From positions 186,001-250,000 of the IMG/VR virus record IMGVR_UViG_3300050821_009835: a DNA stretch of 64,000 bases; one strand, given 5' to 3'. Positions within the stretch are counted from its first letter, which is position 1; every line of letters starts with the position of its first letter. Positions 1 to 9,661 of this stretch are shown piece by piece. Below the pieces are notes generated by a model. It was given only the letters and a program-made list of their open reading frames with translations. It was not told the origin of the DNA and searched no databases. The position numbers and the translations under genes were made by a program.

Positions 1-1
1 T

Positions 2-451
2 GTTGATGGTGCTGTTCCATACGGTGCCCCTTTCATCGACAGCATGGGAACTTTATATGGAACCACTGGAGGTGGGGGAGATTCCGATAGCGACGGTGTT
101 ATCTATCAGTATGTTCCTGGCGGTTTTCTAACCGTGCTTCACACTTTCGGTAATTCCGATGGTAAGCAACCTGTAGGTGAATTGGTATCATCCGGAACCA
201 AGTTGTGGGGTACTACAACTTACGGCGGTGCTCACTCTTGTGGAGTAGTATTCTCGTACTCTGGAACTACATACACTGATGTGTATGACTTCCAGGGCGG
301 AACTACTGATGGGTGTAATACTTATGCTCCCATCACTTTTGACGGTGGCAGTATGTATACCATGACCAACAGAGGCGGAAACAACGGCGGTTCAATGGCA
401 CCCGGTTGTTCCAGAAGTGGGTGCGGAGTCTTGGTAAAGATAAACCCTTAG
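2..451 (+). CDS. Choice-of-anchor tandem-repeat (GloVer-type) protein, C-terminal part; open at left edge
   Basis: Repeated G-x-LYGTT-x-x-GG / LWGTTTYGG units with DG-x-x-P spacers. The frame is open from base 2 (VDGAVPYGAPFIDSMGTLYGTT). Confidence 0.7.
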   Translation, partial: VDGAVPYGAPFIDSMGTLYGTTGGGGDSDSDGVIYQYVPGGFLTVLHTFGNSDGKQPVGELVSSGTKLWGTTTYGGAHSCGVVFSYSGTTYTDVYDFQGGTTDGCNTYAPITFDGGSMYTMTNRGGNNGGSMAPGCSRSGCGVLVKINP

Positions 452-473
452 ACGTTAATAATTTAGATTAACC

Positions 474-496
474 GGGGCACCTTTAAAAGGTGCCCC
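474..496. terminator. Hairpin between convergent genes, probable bidirectional intrinsic terminator
   Basis: GGGGCACCTT/AAGGTGCCCC stem followed by ATTTGTTTT, between ORF ..451(+) and ORF 504..(-). Confidence 0.7.
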
Positions 497-503
497 ATTT
501 GTT

Positions 504-1121
504 TTACGAGACAGTTGGGGAAGAACTGCCAGGTAGGGGTCCAAATTTAGGTTTGGCCTTTTGTTTTGCTCTAATCTTTTCTATCACTGTCCAGGCTCTA
601 GCTAGTTCTGCTTCTCCAGCTTCATTCATCTCTAACTTTTGGGCATTGCATAAAGCTGAAAGTGTGACCATGACGCCACCAACCTCTTGGAATTTTTCTC
701 CCACAGGGCGATTAAAGACATAGTCCACTAATTTGTGCGCTTCTTCTTGAGTTGTTCCACAGGCCTGAACAAGTTCTAGGGCTTCCTCAAGGAATCTGTG
801 ATTACGTTCCACTTTATCGGTTGCAATCTCTTTGCCGAAGCAAGCATACAACCAATCGCGAACTCTGTTTTGGTAAGATTGTTTCTGAATTGACATGACC
901 ACAAAATTACTGGGCTGCATGGCTTGACAGGACGCGGCTATGTAGGGTACGCTGAGGAGGATCTCTCGTCCAGAATAGAGTTTTGTTGTGGGATCCCATT
1001 CTCTGAGTAATAATTCATCACCAACTTGGTACCCACGGTCGTTTTTGCGTACCTCGAAAGTTTTGGTACCGGATAAGATAGTGGTGAAATAGATAGGCCA
1101 GCATTTCAATTCATGTTTCAT
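504..1121 (-). CDS. DUF3850/ASCH-like domain fused to a MazG-like NTP pyrophosphohydrolase domain
   Basis: N-terminal HELKCWPIYF..GTKTFEVRKNDRGYQVGDELLLREWD (ASCH/PUA type). C-terminal RFLEEALELVQACG...QEVGGVMVTL (MazG-like helical motif). Confidence 0.7.
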   Translation of the reverse strand: MKHELKCWPIYFTTILSGTKTFEVRKNDRGYQVGDELLLREWDPTTKLYSGREILLSVPYIAASCQAMQPSNFVVMSIQKQSYQNRVRDWLYACFGKEIATDKVERNHRFLEEALELVQACGTTQEEAHKLVDYVFNRPVGEKFQEVGGVMVTLSALCNAQKLEMNEAGEAELARAWTVIEKIRAKQKAKPKFGPLPGSSSPTVS

Positions 1122-1161
1122 CCTGTTTAATACTCAGGTATTTAGACACCGCTAGTGAATC

Positions 1162-1674
1162 TTGGACTTACGGCTGTCAGCAACAGGTTGTATGGATGAA
1201 CTATTTGAAGTAAAACTCCTTAATTACACCTTTCGTTTCAAAAGACTTACATGGCGAGAGGAGTTTCTTATCAAATTTCCCAAAGGGAAGGATCAAACAA
1301 GGGTGTATCTTTCTCATGCACTTAAAGAAGTATCTGGCCTTTCGGTAGAAACGATTGAAGAAGCCACACGTATTTTGGAGGCTCTTCCATCAGCCATTTC
1401 TAGTCGAGTTTTTCGTATCTATAAAGGACAGATTCAACCCAATCAGAGATTTGAAACGGCAGCTTTGTACAAAGCCCCAGAACCCAATAAGTTCCGGGTG
1501 TTGCTACAAGACGATGAGACTGAGAAAGACGAACTTGCTGAGCGGGCGCGCATACGACTGGAACAGCAATTTGGTCATCGTGAAGTTGCCGCAGCCACGG
1601 CAGTAGATCTTCAGATTTTAAAGGCTTCTAAATTACGTGGAGCCATTAAGGCAAGTCCAGAAAATGTCTCTTAA
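1162..1674 (+). CDS. Hypothetical protein, possible tail assembly chaperone
   Basis: 170-aa ORF leading the tail operon. TTG start; ATG at 1192 is an alternative. Confidence 0.45.
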   Translation: MDLRLSATGCMDELFEVKLLNYTFRFKRLTWREEFLIKFPKGKDQTRVYLSHALKEVSGLSVETIEEATRILEALPSAISSRVFRIYKGQIQPNQRFETAALYKAPEPNKFRVLLQDDETEKDELAERARIRLEQQFGHREVAAATAVDLQILKASKLRGAIKASPENVS

Positions 1675-2818
1675 AACCGAACCCGCTAAGACTGACTCCC
1701 AGGTTTTTGGCGCTGGGGTTAAGCTTCTTCGACCGCGTAATCAGAAGGAGAAGAACGCATTGAGTGTCTCTGGGGTAGATCTGATGCGTAAGATTAGCGA
1801 AGGTGTAGTTCCACAAGCTTCTACTGCGCAAATTTTAGAAGTGCGAACGGTGATCTCCAAAAATTGCGAAGAGTTGATTGAACAAGGAGCGCGTATTCGC
1901 CCGTTAATGTCGGGCAATAAACAGATTGGTTGGGTTCGAGGCTTGCACATTGTAGAACGGAAGCTTTTGCAAAGATGGATTTTTGATACCAATGAATTTC
2001 TTGCTGCCGTAATGAAAACATGCACAACTTTGACAGTAGAAGAAATCAATCAATTGTCGGGTTTTGAGATGCGTAGATTAGCTGAGTTAATAGCAAAAAT
2101 GGGCGTATACGATTTATCACTTTTCCCGTATTTATCCGCTTTTGTGACAACATCAACTTCAGAAAATCTTTGGTACAGCCGAGGGACACAACTTTCATCA
2201 TATGATAATCGAATTGTCCATTTTCCCGATGGACACTCCATGACTATTCTAGCTCCACCGGAGCATGCAAAACTCTGGGCTACACTTTGCAATTATCGTG
2301 AAGCGGCCAAACGACGATTGGATGACAATTTTAATGCCCTTATGATCGTAGGGGTTTGGGCAGGCAAAAGTGCAGAGCCTATTCGCAATGACTTACGATC
2401 TGCACAAAAAGCGATGGCTGTGGATTCTATGGTACCTTGGGAAGAAGTTGTTCGTATTCAAAGAGAAACTGATTTGGACGATGGTTGGGCTCATTCCGGT
2501 GTGGATGATTCTGTAGAAGGGTTGCAGAAAGAACTCAAAGGTTTGTTTTCCAACGATAAGCATGAGAAATTCATGATGAAATTCTACGAACAGCAGAAAC
2601 AAAAGGCGGAAGCTGAAAAGAGACAAGCTGAAGAAATGCTGGCTCGACGCGGTGGCCCTGGTGTTAGGTCCACAATTGGAACGGAAGTCTTTACAGAACA
2701 AGAAGTTAGGCAGAGAGAGCAGGATCTTAAAAAGGGACGCCCCGTTCTTTTGCCTGTTCGAGATCGTGGGGAAACGCCGGATGATCCAGAGAAACGGATT
2801 CAGAAATACAGGTCTTAA
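1637..2818 (+). CDS. Hypothetical tail-module protein (likely start ATG 1664)
   Basis: 393-aa ORF coupled to the upstream gene, within the tail operon. Confidence 0.5.
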   Translation: MEPLRQVQKMSLKTEPAKTDSQVFGAGVKLLRPRNQKEKNALSVSGVDLMRKISEGVVPQASTAQILEVRTVISKNCEELIEQGARIRPLMSGNKQIGWVRGLHIVERKLLQRWIFDTNEFLAAVMKTCTTLTVEEINQLSGFEMRRLAELIAKMGVYDLSLFPYLSAFVTTSTSENLWYSRGTQLSSYDNRIVHFPDGHSMTILAPPEHAKLWATLCNYREAAKRRLDDNFNALMIVGVWAGKSAEPIRNDLRSAQKAMAVDSMVPWEEVVRIQRETDLDDGWAHSGVDDSVEGLQKELKGLFSNDKHEKFMMKFYEQQKQKAEAEKRQAEEMLARRGGPGVRSTIGTEVFTEQEVRQREQDLKKGRPVLLPVRDRGETPDDPEKRIQKYRS

Positions 2819-3003
2819 ATCTCATTTAGGTCATGGAGGAAATCAACAAAATTGATGATTAGTTCTGTATCAGTACCGGGGAGGTTTTCTTCTGAAACAT
2901 TAGCCTGCTCTTTAAGATAGGAAAGGATCTGTTTTTCAATGAATCCTTCCAGGATTCTACGAGCAACAATGGGATTTTTAGGGCTTATCATTGAGTCCTC
3001 CAT
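2815..3003 (-). CDS. Small hypothetical protein
   Basis: 62-aa ATG ORF filling the gap between two + strand genes. Confidence 0.4.
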   Translation of the reverse strand: MEDSMISPKNPIVARRILEGFIEKQILSYLKEQANVSEENLPGTDTELIINFVDFLHDLNEI

Positions 3004-3036
3004 TCATATGCTACGGGAACGTTAACGAAATCAGGT

Positions 3037-3669
3037 ATGTCACCTGAGAATTCCATAGAACAAGGAGTGTTTATGGCAGAGACAGTGCAGTCGCAAGTTA
3101 AGGAAGAAACACCAAAGTCTGTTGATGAAATCATATTTAACCTGAAAAATTTTGGCATTGAGGATTCAGAAGAAATCCTTACCCTGAAAGCAGGCGGTCA
3201 AGAACATCACATCCGTATATCCAACATCCCGACTGAGGGCGAGTTGATGTCTATTATGGCCTGTGAGGATGTTAAAGGCTATGCATGGCTCCAGCGCGTT
3301 AAGGCAGAAGTGCTCTCGCGTGCTATTTCGTATATAGATGGAGTTTCAGTTAAAACTCTTGAAAACAAGATGTTTACTGATCCGACAACTAAAAATCAAA
3401 TGCTTTGGCAGCCAGCTCTTCGAAACGTCATCTTGACTTGGGGCATGGAGATCATGAATGTGCTCTGGAAGGTTTTCATGGTTCACAGTCAGCGTATTGA
3501 AGATCGTTTAAAAGATGCATTTCCAGATTCCGCATTGATGACAGACGTTGAGAAGCGATTTGTAGAACTCGCTGTTCAGGATATCGAAGATCAAACTCGA
3601 GATATGATCAAAGATCGTCTCAGCACGATGGTGGAAGAAAACGCAGAAGAAAGTGCTCCCAAGGTTTAA
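3037..3669 (+). CDS. Probable tail assembly chaperone
   Basis: Acidic ~200-aa ORF directly before the tape-measure-like gene. AAGGAG RBS precedes ATG 3073. Confidence 0.45.
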   Translation: MSPENSIEQGVFMAETVQSQVKEETPKSVDEIIFNLKNFGIEDSEEILTLKAGGQEHHIRISNIPTEGELMSIMACEDVKGYAWLQRVKAEVLSRAISYIDGVSVKTLENKMFTDPTTKNQMLWQPALRNVILTWGMEIMNVLWKVFMVHSQRIEDRLKDAFPDSALMTDVEKRFVELAVQDIEDQTRDMIKDRLSTMVEENAEESAPKV

Positions 3670-3672
3670 TAG

Positions 3673-6600
3673 ATGGCTGATCAACCTATCAATACGCCGC
3701 CCAATTTTTCGCAGACCGGAGCTGGAGTTCCGCCTGCGAATTTTCAAGCACAGCAAACTGCGCAGAAAGCAGTCAATGATTTGTTAGGGGATCAAGTTAA
3801 ACTTACCAACACCGTAGCAGATATTTGGAAGGAACTCCCGGATTCTATCAAAGCTACAGTCAATGTAACTCAGGATTGGCAAACCAAGTTGAAGGGCATC
3901 GTCAAGTACACGGAAGATTATGAAGATGCTTTTAAACGAATGTTGCAGCTCAGTAAGCAATATGGGGAAACTGGTATTTTCCGGGCCAAGAATTATGGTG
4001 ACTTACTCAAGAATCTGCAAGATCTAAAAGAAGCTCAAAACAAGCTGATGAAAGACGGGTTCTTTGATAAGACTCAGCAACGTGAATTGAAGCGGCAAAC
4101 TGATTTTCTCAGCATGGCTATTGAGAAGGTTGGTAAGAATATGGAGAAAGCGGGAAAGAGAGCAAAAGATGCTATCGATCCAGAGCTTCTTGCAGAAGTG
4201 GGCGAAAACGCACGTAAGGCCTCTGCCGATATTGAGAAGATGGGACGAGCTTGGAATAATGTTCACTTGCGTCCATTAACAAGCAATCTGGCAAGGATGA
4301 ATGACGCTCTTGGAGGTTCTTCTCAATTTTTGAGCAGAGTTACAGAGCGAGCAACTAAGTTTGCAGGAATTGCCACCAAACTGGAAAAAGTTAAGAGTGA
4401 AGCTGCCCACACTGCGAAATTGTCAATGAAAGAAACCTTTGGCAAATTGACTCCAAGGGAACAGTTGACAGCCAGAGCTGCTGGGTTGACGGGTAAACCT
4501 TCTGACAAGCGATTGAGCAAGCAGACTCGCGAACAAATTCGAAAGGATCTAGCCAGAAACGTGACAGAGCAGGCAGGTGGGGGTGGATTCATTGATCGCT
4601 TCCTTACACAACGGGCCATGAAGCAAGTTGCCGATGCTGCTCAACGAACTTCAGAAGGTGGGCAATCACAGACCGGATTTTTAGGGAGGGCTTACCAAGC
4701 GGGGGGTGGTTCGGTCATGCGAGGAGCCTCTAATATGGCTCAGGGCGCGGGTGCCGGGTTTTTAGCTCATCAGGCAGAGGCAGCTGCTAATTTGAGCCCA
4801 TACCTCATGGTGGCAGAACTCATTGCAAAGTTTATCGATGCTAATGCTAAGGCGAACTCAGAAATCGCCACTAGTTTGGGAGAAGCAGGCATATTTGGTG
4901 GAGGAGCATCCGGCGTTAAGGATTTGATGAATGTTCGTAAAGCTCTTCGTTCTGAAAACATGGGATTTAACTTTACTGGAGAGAGTTATCAGAAAAATCT
5001 AAAGATTGCTCAAGCTATCAAAGAAGGTGGTGTTAATCTCCCCGAACTTGCAGGAGGCGTTCGTCCTGAAGAAACTGGTGGCGTAGGCATGGTAAAGAAT
5101 ATCGCTTATCATGGCGCGAAACTTGCAGGCTATCTTGACGAAGGTGCGGCAGCAAAAGAAATCATGAAAGTGCTGCAGGAGTACCATACATCCTTCACTG
5201 GTGTTCAAGACTTCTTCGAACATATCAATCGTGACACGGCTCGAGCAGGCATTACAACCACGAAATACATCGGCATCATTGATGAAGTTAACAAGCAGTT
5301 TGATCGTTTTGGCATGTCACTTGAACAGACCGTAACTACAATGCGAATGCTGGGTCGTACTGGCACTCAATCTGCGGAAGATGTTAGAGATGCTATGGGA
5401 GCTATTACGAATGCAGGGCAGAAACGCACTTTTGAAATGCAGGCTTTTCTAGGAATGCAGACTGCTAGAACCCCTGGTGCTCCAGAAGAACAGGTTCGTT
5501 ATCAAGAGTCTAACGTTGCCGTAGCTAAGAAGCGTGCGCAGGAAGCCTTGGGAATACCGTCTATTGGCTTGGATGCAACGCAAGTTAAAAGCCGCGACGA
5601 TGTTAGAGAAATGAAAGCTCACCTTGCGCGTTCTGGCGGTGGTACACCCGCTGAACGCCAGACTGCTATGGATGCGCTCAATCAATTGGATATGGAAATG
5701 CAGCGTCTAGAAGGGTCTAAGAAAGTTAGAGATCTCGCGCATGCCGGGAGATTTGGTGAAGCTGGTTTGGCTCAAGCTTCGCAAAATTCGATGTTAGGGT
5801 ACAATTTAACTGGGTCAACGATGGAACAATTTCGCGCTATTCAGGTTGCTTTACAACATGCAAACAAGGGGAAGGGTTACACGCTGCAACAAGTTATGGG
5901 AGGAGCAGGTGCGACTGATCCAACACTCGTGAAACTTATGGAAGCCTTGCAGACTGACCCATCAATACTACAAAAGATGCTACGTGTGTTTGATGCACAG
6001 GGGCATGCCACTATGCAGGGTGCGCGGCAAGGAATCCTGGGGGAAGAAACCTATAAACAGCTTGTGGGCATTGCTGATCAGCATGGTTTGAAGATGAAGG
6101 GAAGCACACCTCAAGGAAAAATTCAGAGCTTGTCCGGTACAGATCAAGATAAATTGGCTATCTATCTTGCGGACAATGAGAACATTCTAAAAGAGATCAT
6201 GAAGACTGAGGCTGGCGCCAATGCATTAGCTCAGGACAAGATTGATCAGGATGAAAAGGATCGTCAACGTGAAAAAGCTGAAGAAGTCGCAACTGCATCG
6301 CGTCCTTTAGCAGATGTTTTCGCTGATGCTTTCGAAAATTTGTTTGTTACAATTAGTGCACCAGTTGAAGATATTTATGAGTTGCTCTCACGTTCACCTT
6401 TAGGGTCTAAATTACATAAAGAAGAAACTGCTCGTCTTCGTGAAATGTACGGCGGTGCAGATCCAACCACTGGTGTTTCTGGACCTCAAGCGGAGTATTT
6501 TGAAAAAGTGATCGCTCACCTTGAAGATATGAAAGTTCAATCAAAGGCAGACCTCGCTAGAGTTAATCAGGAATTAGAGACTCAGACAGACCCGAAAAAG

Positions 6601-7086
6601 ATCATAGGGCTTCAAGCGCAAAAGAATCAATTAGAAGGCACACAAAAACGGGTCATCGGGTTAGAAGAATCGTTAAAACACACAGCTCTTTCGGCAACAG
6701 GTCCGCGAGGCATTGTGGATAGAGAAGCCGGGACAAACGCCTACGGTTTAATGAAGGCAGCAGATGATATGATGCCTCTTATGGAAAAGGGGCTGAAAAA
6801 GATAGACGAGAGTGTCTCTAGTCAGCAAGAGGGGGCTCTAAAATATTTGGATCCTAAATGGCTTGGGAGTTTGGTTCCCGTTTTGCCCACCTCTGCACTT
6901 AAAACGTCTACTCCTACAACCAATGTAACTATTCAAAACAATGGATCATATTTGTACCCGAATCTAGGGGGCAAAACCCCGAGCATTAATCAGACTGAGG
7001 GTCACAGTGCTATTCAACAAGTAGGTGATCAACCGCCTCCAAGCACCAGACATCAAGTGGCGGGAGTGACAGGAACAGGACAGTAA
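3673..7086 (+). CDS. Tape-measure-like protein
   Basis: 1137 aa, Ala/Gly/Gln/Lys-rich and helical, between chaperone-like and baseplate genes. Confidence 0.7.
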   Translation: MADQPINTPPNFSQTGAGVPPANFQAQQTAQKAVNDLLGDQVKLTNTVADIWKELPDSIKATVNVTQDWQTKLKGIVKYTEDYEDAFKRMLQLSKQYGETGIFRAKNYGDLLKNLQDLKEAQNKLMKDGFFDKTQQRELKRQTDFLSMAIEKVGKNMEKAGKRAKDAIDPELLAEVGENARKASADIEKMGRAWNNVHLRPLTSNLARMNDALGGSSQFLSRVTERATKFAGIATKLEKVKSEAAHTAKLSMKETFGKLTPREQLTARAAGLTGKPSDKRLSKQTREQIRKDLARNVTEQAGGGGFIDRFLTQRAMKQVADAAQRTSEGGQSQTGFLGRAYQAGGGSVMRGASNMAQGAGAGFLAHQAEAAANLSPYLMVAELIAKFIDANAKANSEIATSLGEAGIFGGGASGVKDLMNVRKALRSENMGFNFTGESYQKNLKIAQAIKEGGVNLPELAGGVRPEETGGVGMVKNIAYHGAKLAGYLDEGAAAKEIMKVLQEYHTSFTGVQDFFEHINRDTARAGITTTKYIGIIDEVNKQFDRFGMSLEQTVTTMRMLGRTGTQSAEDVRDAMGAITNAGQKRTFEMQAFLGMQTARTPGAPEEQVRYQESNVAVAKKRAQEALGIPSIGLDATQVKSRDDVREMKAHLARSGGGTPAERQTAMDALNQLDMEMQRLEGSKKVRDLAHAGRFGEAGLAQASQNSMLGYNLTGSTMEQFRAIQVALQHANKGKGYTLQQVMGGAGATDPTLVKLMEALQTDPSILQKMLRVFDAQGHATMQGARQGILGEETYKQLVGIADQHGLKMKGSTPQGKIQSLSGTDQDKLAIYLADNENILKEIMKTEAGANALAQDKIDQDEKDRQREKAEEVATASRPLADVFADAFENLFVTISAPVEDIYELLSRSPLGSKLHKEETARLREMYGGADPTTGVSGPQAEYFEKVIAHLEDMKVQSKADLARVNQELETQTDPKKIIGLQAQKNQLEGTQKRVIGLEESLKHTALSATGPRGIVDREAGTNAYGLMKAADDMMPLMEKGLKKIDESVSSQQEGALKYLDPKWLGSLVPVLPTSALKTSTPTTNVTIQNNGSYLYPNLGGKTPSINQTEGHSAIQQVGDQPPPSTRHQVAGVTGTGQ

Positions 7087-7087
7087 T

Positions 7088-8551
7088 ATGGCTAGCGGAA
7101 CCGGAACCCCGTTAACTCCAGCGCAGATTACACAGTATGCAGAGAATGCCGGCTTCACTGGTCCTGCTCTCACCACAGCTGTGGCTATAGCTGAGGCAGA
7201 AAGTTCTGGGTACACTAATGCTAACGGGGATACAACCCTGACTCCTGGGGGTTCTGTGGGGCTTTGGCAAGTTAATTTAGAAGCCCATCCGCAGTATAGT
7301 GCTGATCAGCTTCAAGATCCACAAGCAAATGCCGATGCGGCCTTTGCTATTTACCAAGATAAGGGCGATTCGTTTTCTTCTTGGTCCACTTATAACAACG
7401 GAGCATATCAACAGTTTTTACCCTCTGCTCAATCCGCTGCTGGGGATACAGCTAACCTTGTTGGAATAGGAGCTAATCAAAGTCAGGAGAGAGTTGCTGG
7501 TGCTTATAATTCTTTGACTAATAACGACATTAGCACAGCGACTTACGAGAGTCTGAATCCCTCCGTTGTTATTGTAAAACAAGGTGCCGCTGCGCTCGCA
7601 AATCAGCCTTGGTATCAAGACCCTGGTATGGTGATCTTTAATGCTCGGGCAAGAGCGCAGGCTACTCCTGTTTCTTTCAATGTGATTTTAACTGATAATT
7701 CGACTCGATTTTTCTTGTCTAATAATGTTACAGGTATACCAATTGAGATTCAATTGAAAGCTAGTCTAAAAACCTTCAACGTCAATATGAAGCATATCTA
7801 CTTTAAGCAACCATCTAGAACAGGTTTTCACTTGACTTTGTGGGGTATGCAAGCAGACATAATAGAAGGTTCGGGCACTACGGGCATATTTATGAATCAG
7901 CTCGGCTTAACAGATTTTATGAGTGTGGGCAATGTCACCCCCGATCTTATTCAATTAGTAACTTCTGGATTCGCGCATACCAGTTCAAACTTTCAACAGA
8001 CTTCTCAAGCTCCCCCTTCGATAAATTCAAATGGTGCAGTTAATCAAGAGGCACCCGATGTCTTTACTCAGGTTGTACAGACGCAAACTAATTCGCTTCC
8101 TAGTTCATTTCGTGTTACGGCGCAAGATGCTTTTGTGGAGTTTCTTTCATTGTTCAAAATGAACGCCACAGTCTGGTTTTACAATCAGGCGTACAACACC
8201 TCATTGATAGATCAGGATCAAGCAGACGCCTCTGCGTGGTCACCCAAATTGGGTACGAGCAGTCAGCAGATGCACGGGCGCAACAATGATGTAATGACTA
8301 GGGGTTCTGTTGTTATGAAGTTAGAAGGGGCTAATTATTTTGGTTATTTCAAGTCCTTAAGCTGGACGCAGGATTCTAAAGATCCTTTTCAGTGGCATTT
8401 TAATTTTGTCTATCAAGTGGAACGCACGTCGACGATGCTGTATTACCCTTCGAGTAATTCATCGAATATGGCTTCTGTGCCAACACCAGTAACTAGTGTG
8501 CCCCAACCAACAGAAGTGGTTACTCATACTATAACTTTTCCTACAGAGTGA
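7088..8551 (+). CDS. Tail/baseplate protein with N-terminal lysozyme-like (SLT_3-type) domain
   Basis: AVAIAEAESSG...GSVGLWQVN...DPQANADAA...SFSSWSTY transglycosylase motifs. The C-terminal YFGYFKSLSWTQDSKDPFQWHFNF resembles tail-tube initiator folds. Confidence 0.7.
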   Translation: MASGTGTPLTPAQITQYAENAGFTGPALTTAVAIAEAESSGYTNANGDTTLTPGGSVGLWQVNLEAHPQYSADQLQDPQANADAAFAIYQDKGDSFSSWSTYNNGAYQQFLPSAQSAAGDTANLVGIGANQSQERVAGAYNSLTNNDISTATYESLNPSVVIVKQGAAALANQPWYQDPGMVIFNARARAQATPVSFNVILTDNSTRFFLSNNVTGIPIEIQLKASLKTFNVNMKHIYFKQPSRTGFHLTLWGMQADIIEGSGTTGIFMNQLGLTDFMSVGNVTPDLIQLVTSGFAHTSSNFQQTSQAPPSINSNGAVNQEAPDVFTQVVQTQTNSLPSSFRVTAQDAFVEFLSLFKMNATVWFYNQAYNTSLIDQDQADASAWSPKLGTSSQQMHGRNNDVMTRGSVVMKLEGANYFGYFKSLSWTQDSKDPFQWHFNFVYQVERTSTMLYYPSSNSSNMASVPTPVTSVPQPTEVVTHTITFPTE

Positions 8552-8554
8552 TTT

Positions 8555-9658
8555 ATGGCTAATGGTTTTGTCAATCCGGGTAGCAGTGGGCCGAACGATC
8601 TTTCGGATATCCAGTATACAACTCCAGCTTACTCTGAGGTTACGCCACAACAGCTCCCTATTCGTGGTGAGAAGCGCATTATTCCTAGTCAGATCAATCT
8701 TTCTTCCCTTCAAAGTGCTGCAGATGCTGCTATTCAGCAGCAAGGTGGCAATCCATCAGAATTTTCGAGCATACAACTTTCAGATTTTACGACTACGGCA
8801 TCAACATCCCCCTTTGTTGATTATATGTTCATTCGTATTCCTCATCGCGGCGTGAACCCACAAGGAAAACCGGATCCAGGTTACTCAGCCACTTATCAAT
8901 TTCTGATTAATCCAGAAACTTTGCAGATTAATCGCAGCACCGTAGATCAACAATCCCTTACACGTGGTGGCTGGCAATTCGGGGTTTGGGGCGAGGATAT
9001 GCAGCAGATATCTATGCAAGGTCAGACAGCGGGTCAATACTGGACATATGGTTTAACAGATAAGTTTCATCAATTCACTGAATCTTACCGCAATCTCCAG
9101 CAACTCCTTATGGTCTTTGAGAACAATGGATACTTTTTTGAGGGCGAACAAGCTGGGCAGGGTCCGCTTGCAGCCGATTTTACACGACGTCGCATTAAAA
9201 TGCATCAAGATGTCGAGCTCATTGTTGGTAATTTTGTTTGGTCGGGTATGTTCGATAGCATGAATATAACAGATTCCGCTGATCATTCATACAATTACAA
9301 CTTCTCTCTCGTCTTCACGGCTTGGAAAGAACGGTTTCGGAGTGGTTCACCTTATAACGACACTTTGCATAATGATGTTCAACGAGGGCATTCGTATTCT
9401 TCGTATCAAGGGGCGCAACAGTTGGCAGCAATCACAGCCCAAGCCACAGCATTGCCGTTGACCAGTCTTCCCTATGTACCGCCTCCGAGTATTACACCTT
9501 TGCCTCCAAATGGAGGGCCGCAATCTCCTGCCGTGGCTTCTTCACAACAAGAAGATGCAACGGTTAATGTTGATTCAACCGCTTACGTCACCGGGTACAA
9601 TTCAGGGACGGCGTTTTTAAATGGAGTGATTTCGCCGTTCTTTACGGCGACACCATAA
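8555..9658 (+). CDS. Tail tube initiator/baseplate-type protein
   Basis: FLINPETLQINRS...ISMQGQT...WSGMFDSMNITDS...YNFSLVF pattern typical of tube-initiator/gpU-like folds; operon position. Confidence 0.5.
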   Translation: MANGFVNPGSSGPNDLSDIQYTTPAYSEVTPQQLPIRGEKRIIPSQINLSSLQSAADAAIQQQGGNPSEFSSIQLSDFTTTASTSPFVDYMFIRIPHRGVNPQGKPDPGYSATYQFLINPETLQINRSTVDQQSLTRGGWQFGVWGEDMQQISMQGQTAGQYWTYGLTDKFHQFTESYRNLQQLLMVFENNGYFFEGEQAGQGPLAADFTRRRIKMHQDVELIVGNFVWSGMFDSMNITDSADHSYNYNFSLVFTAWKERFRSGSPYNDTLHNDVQRGHSYSSYQGAQQLAAITAQATALPLTSLPYVPPPSITPLPPNGGPQSPAVASSQQEDATVNVDSTAYVTGYNSGTAFLNGVISPFFTATP

Positions 9659-9661
9659 CTT

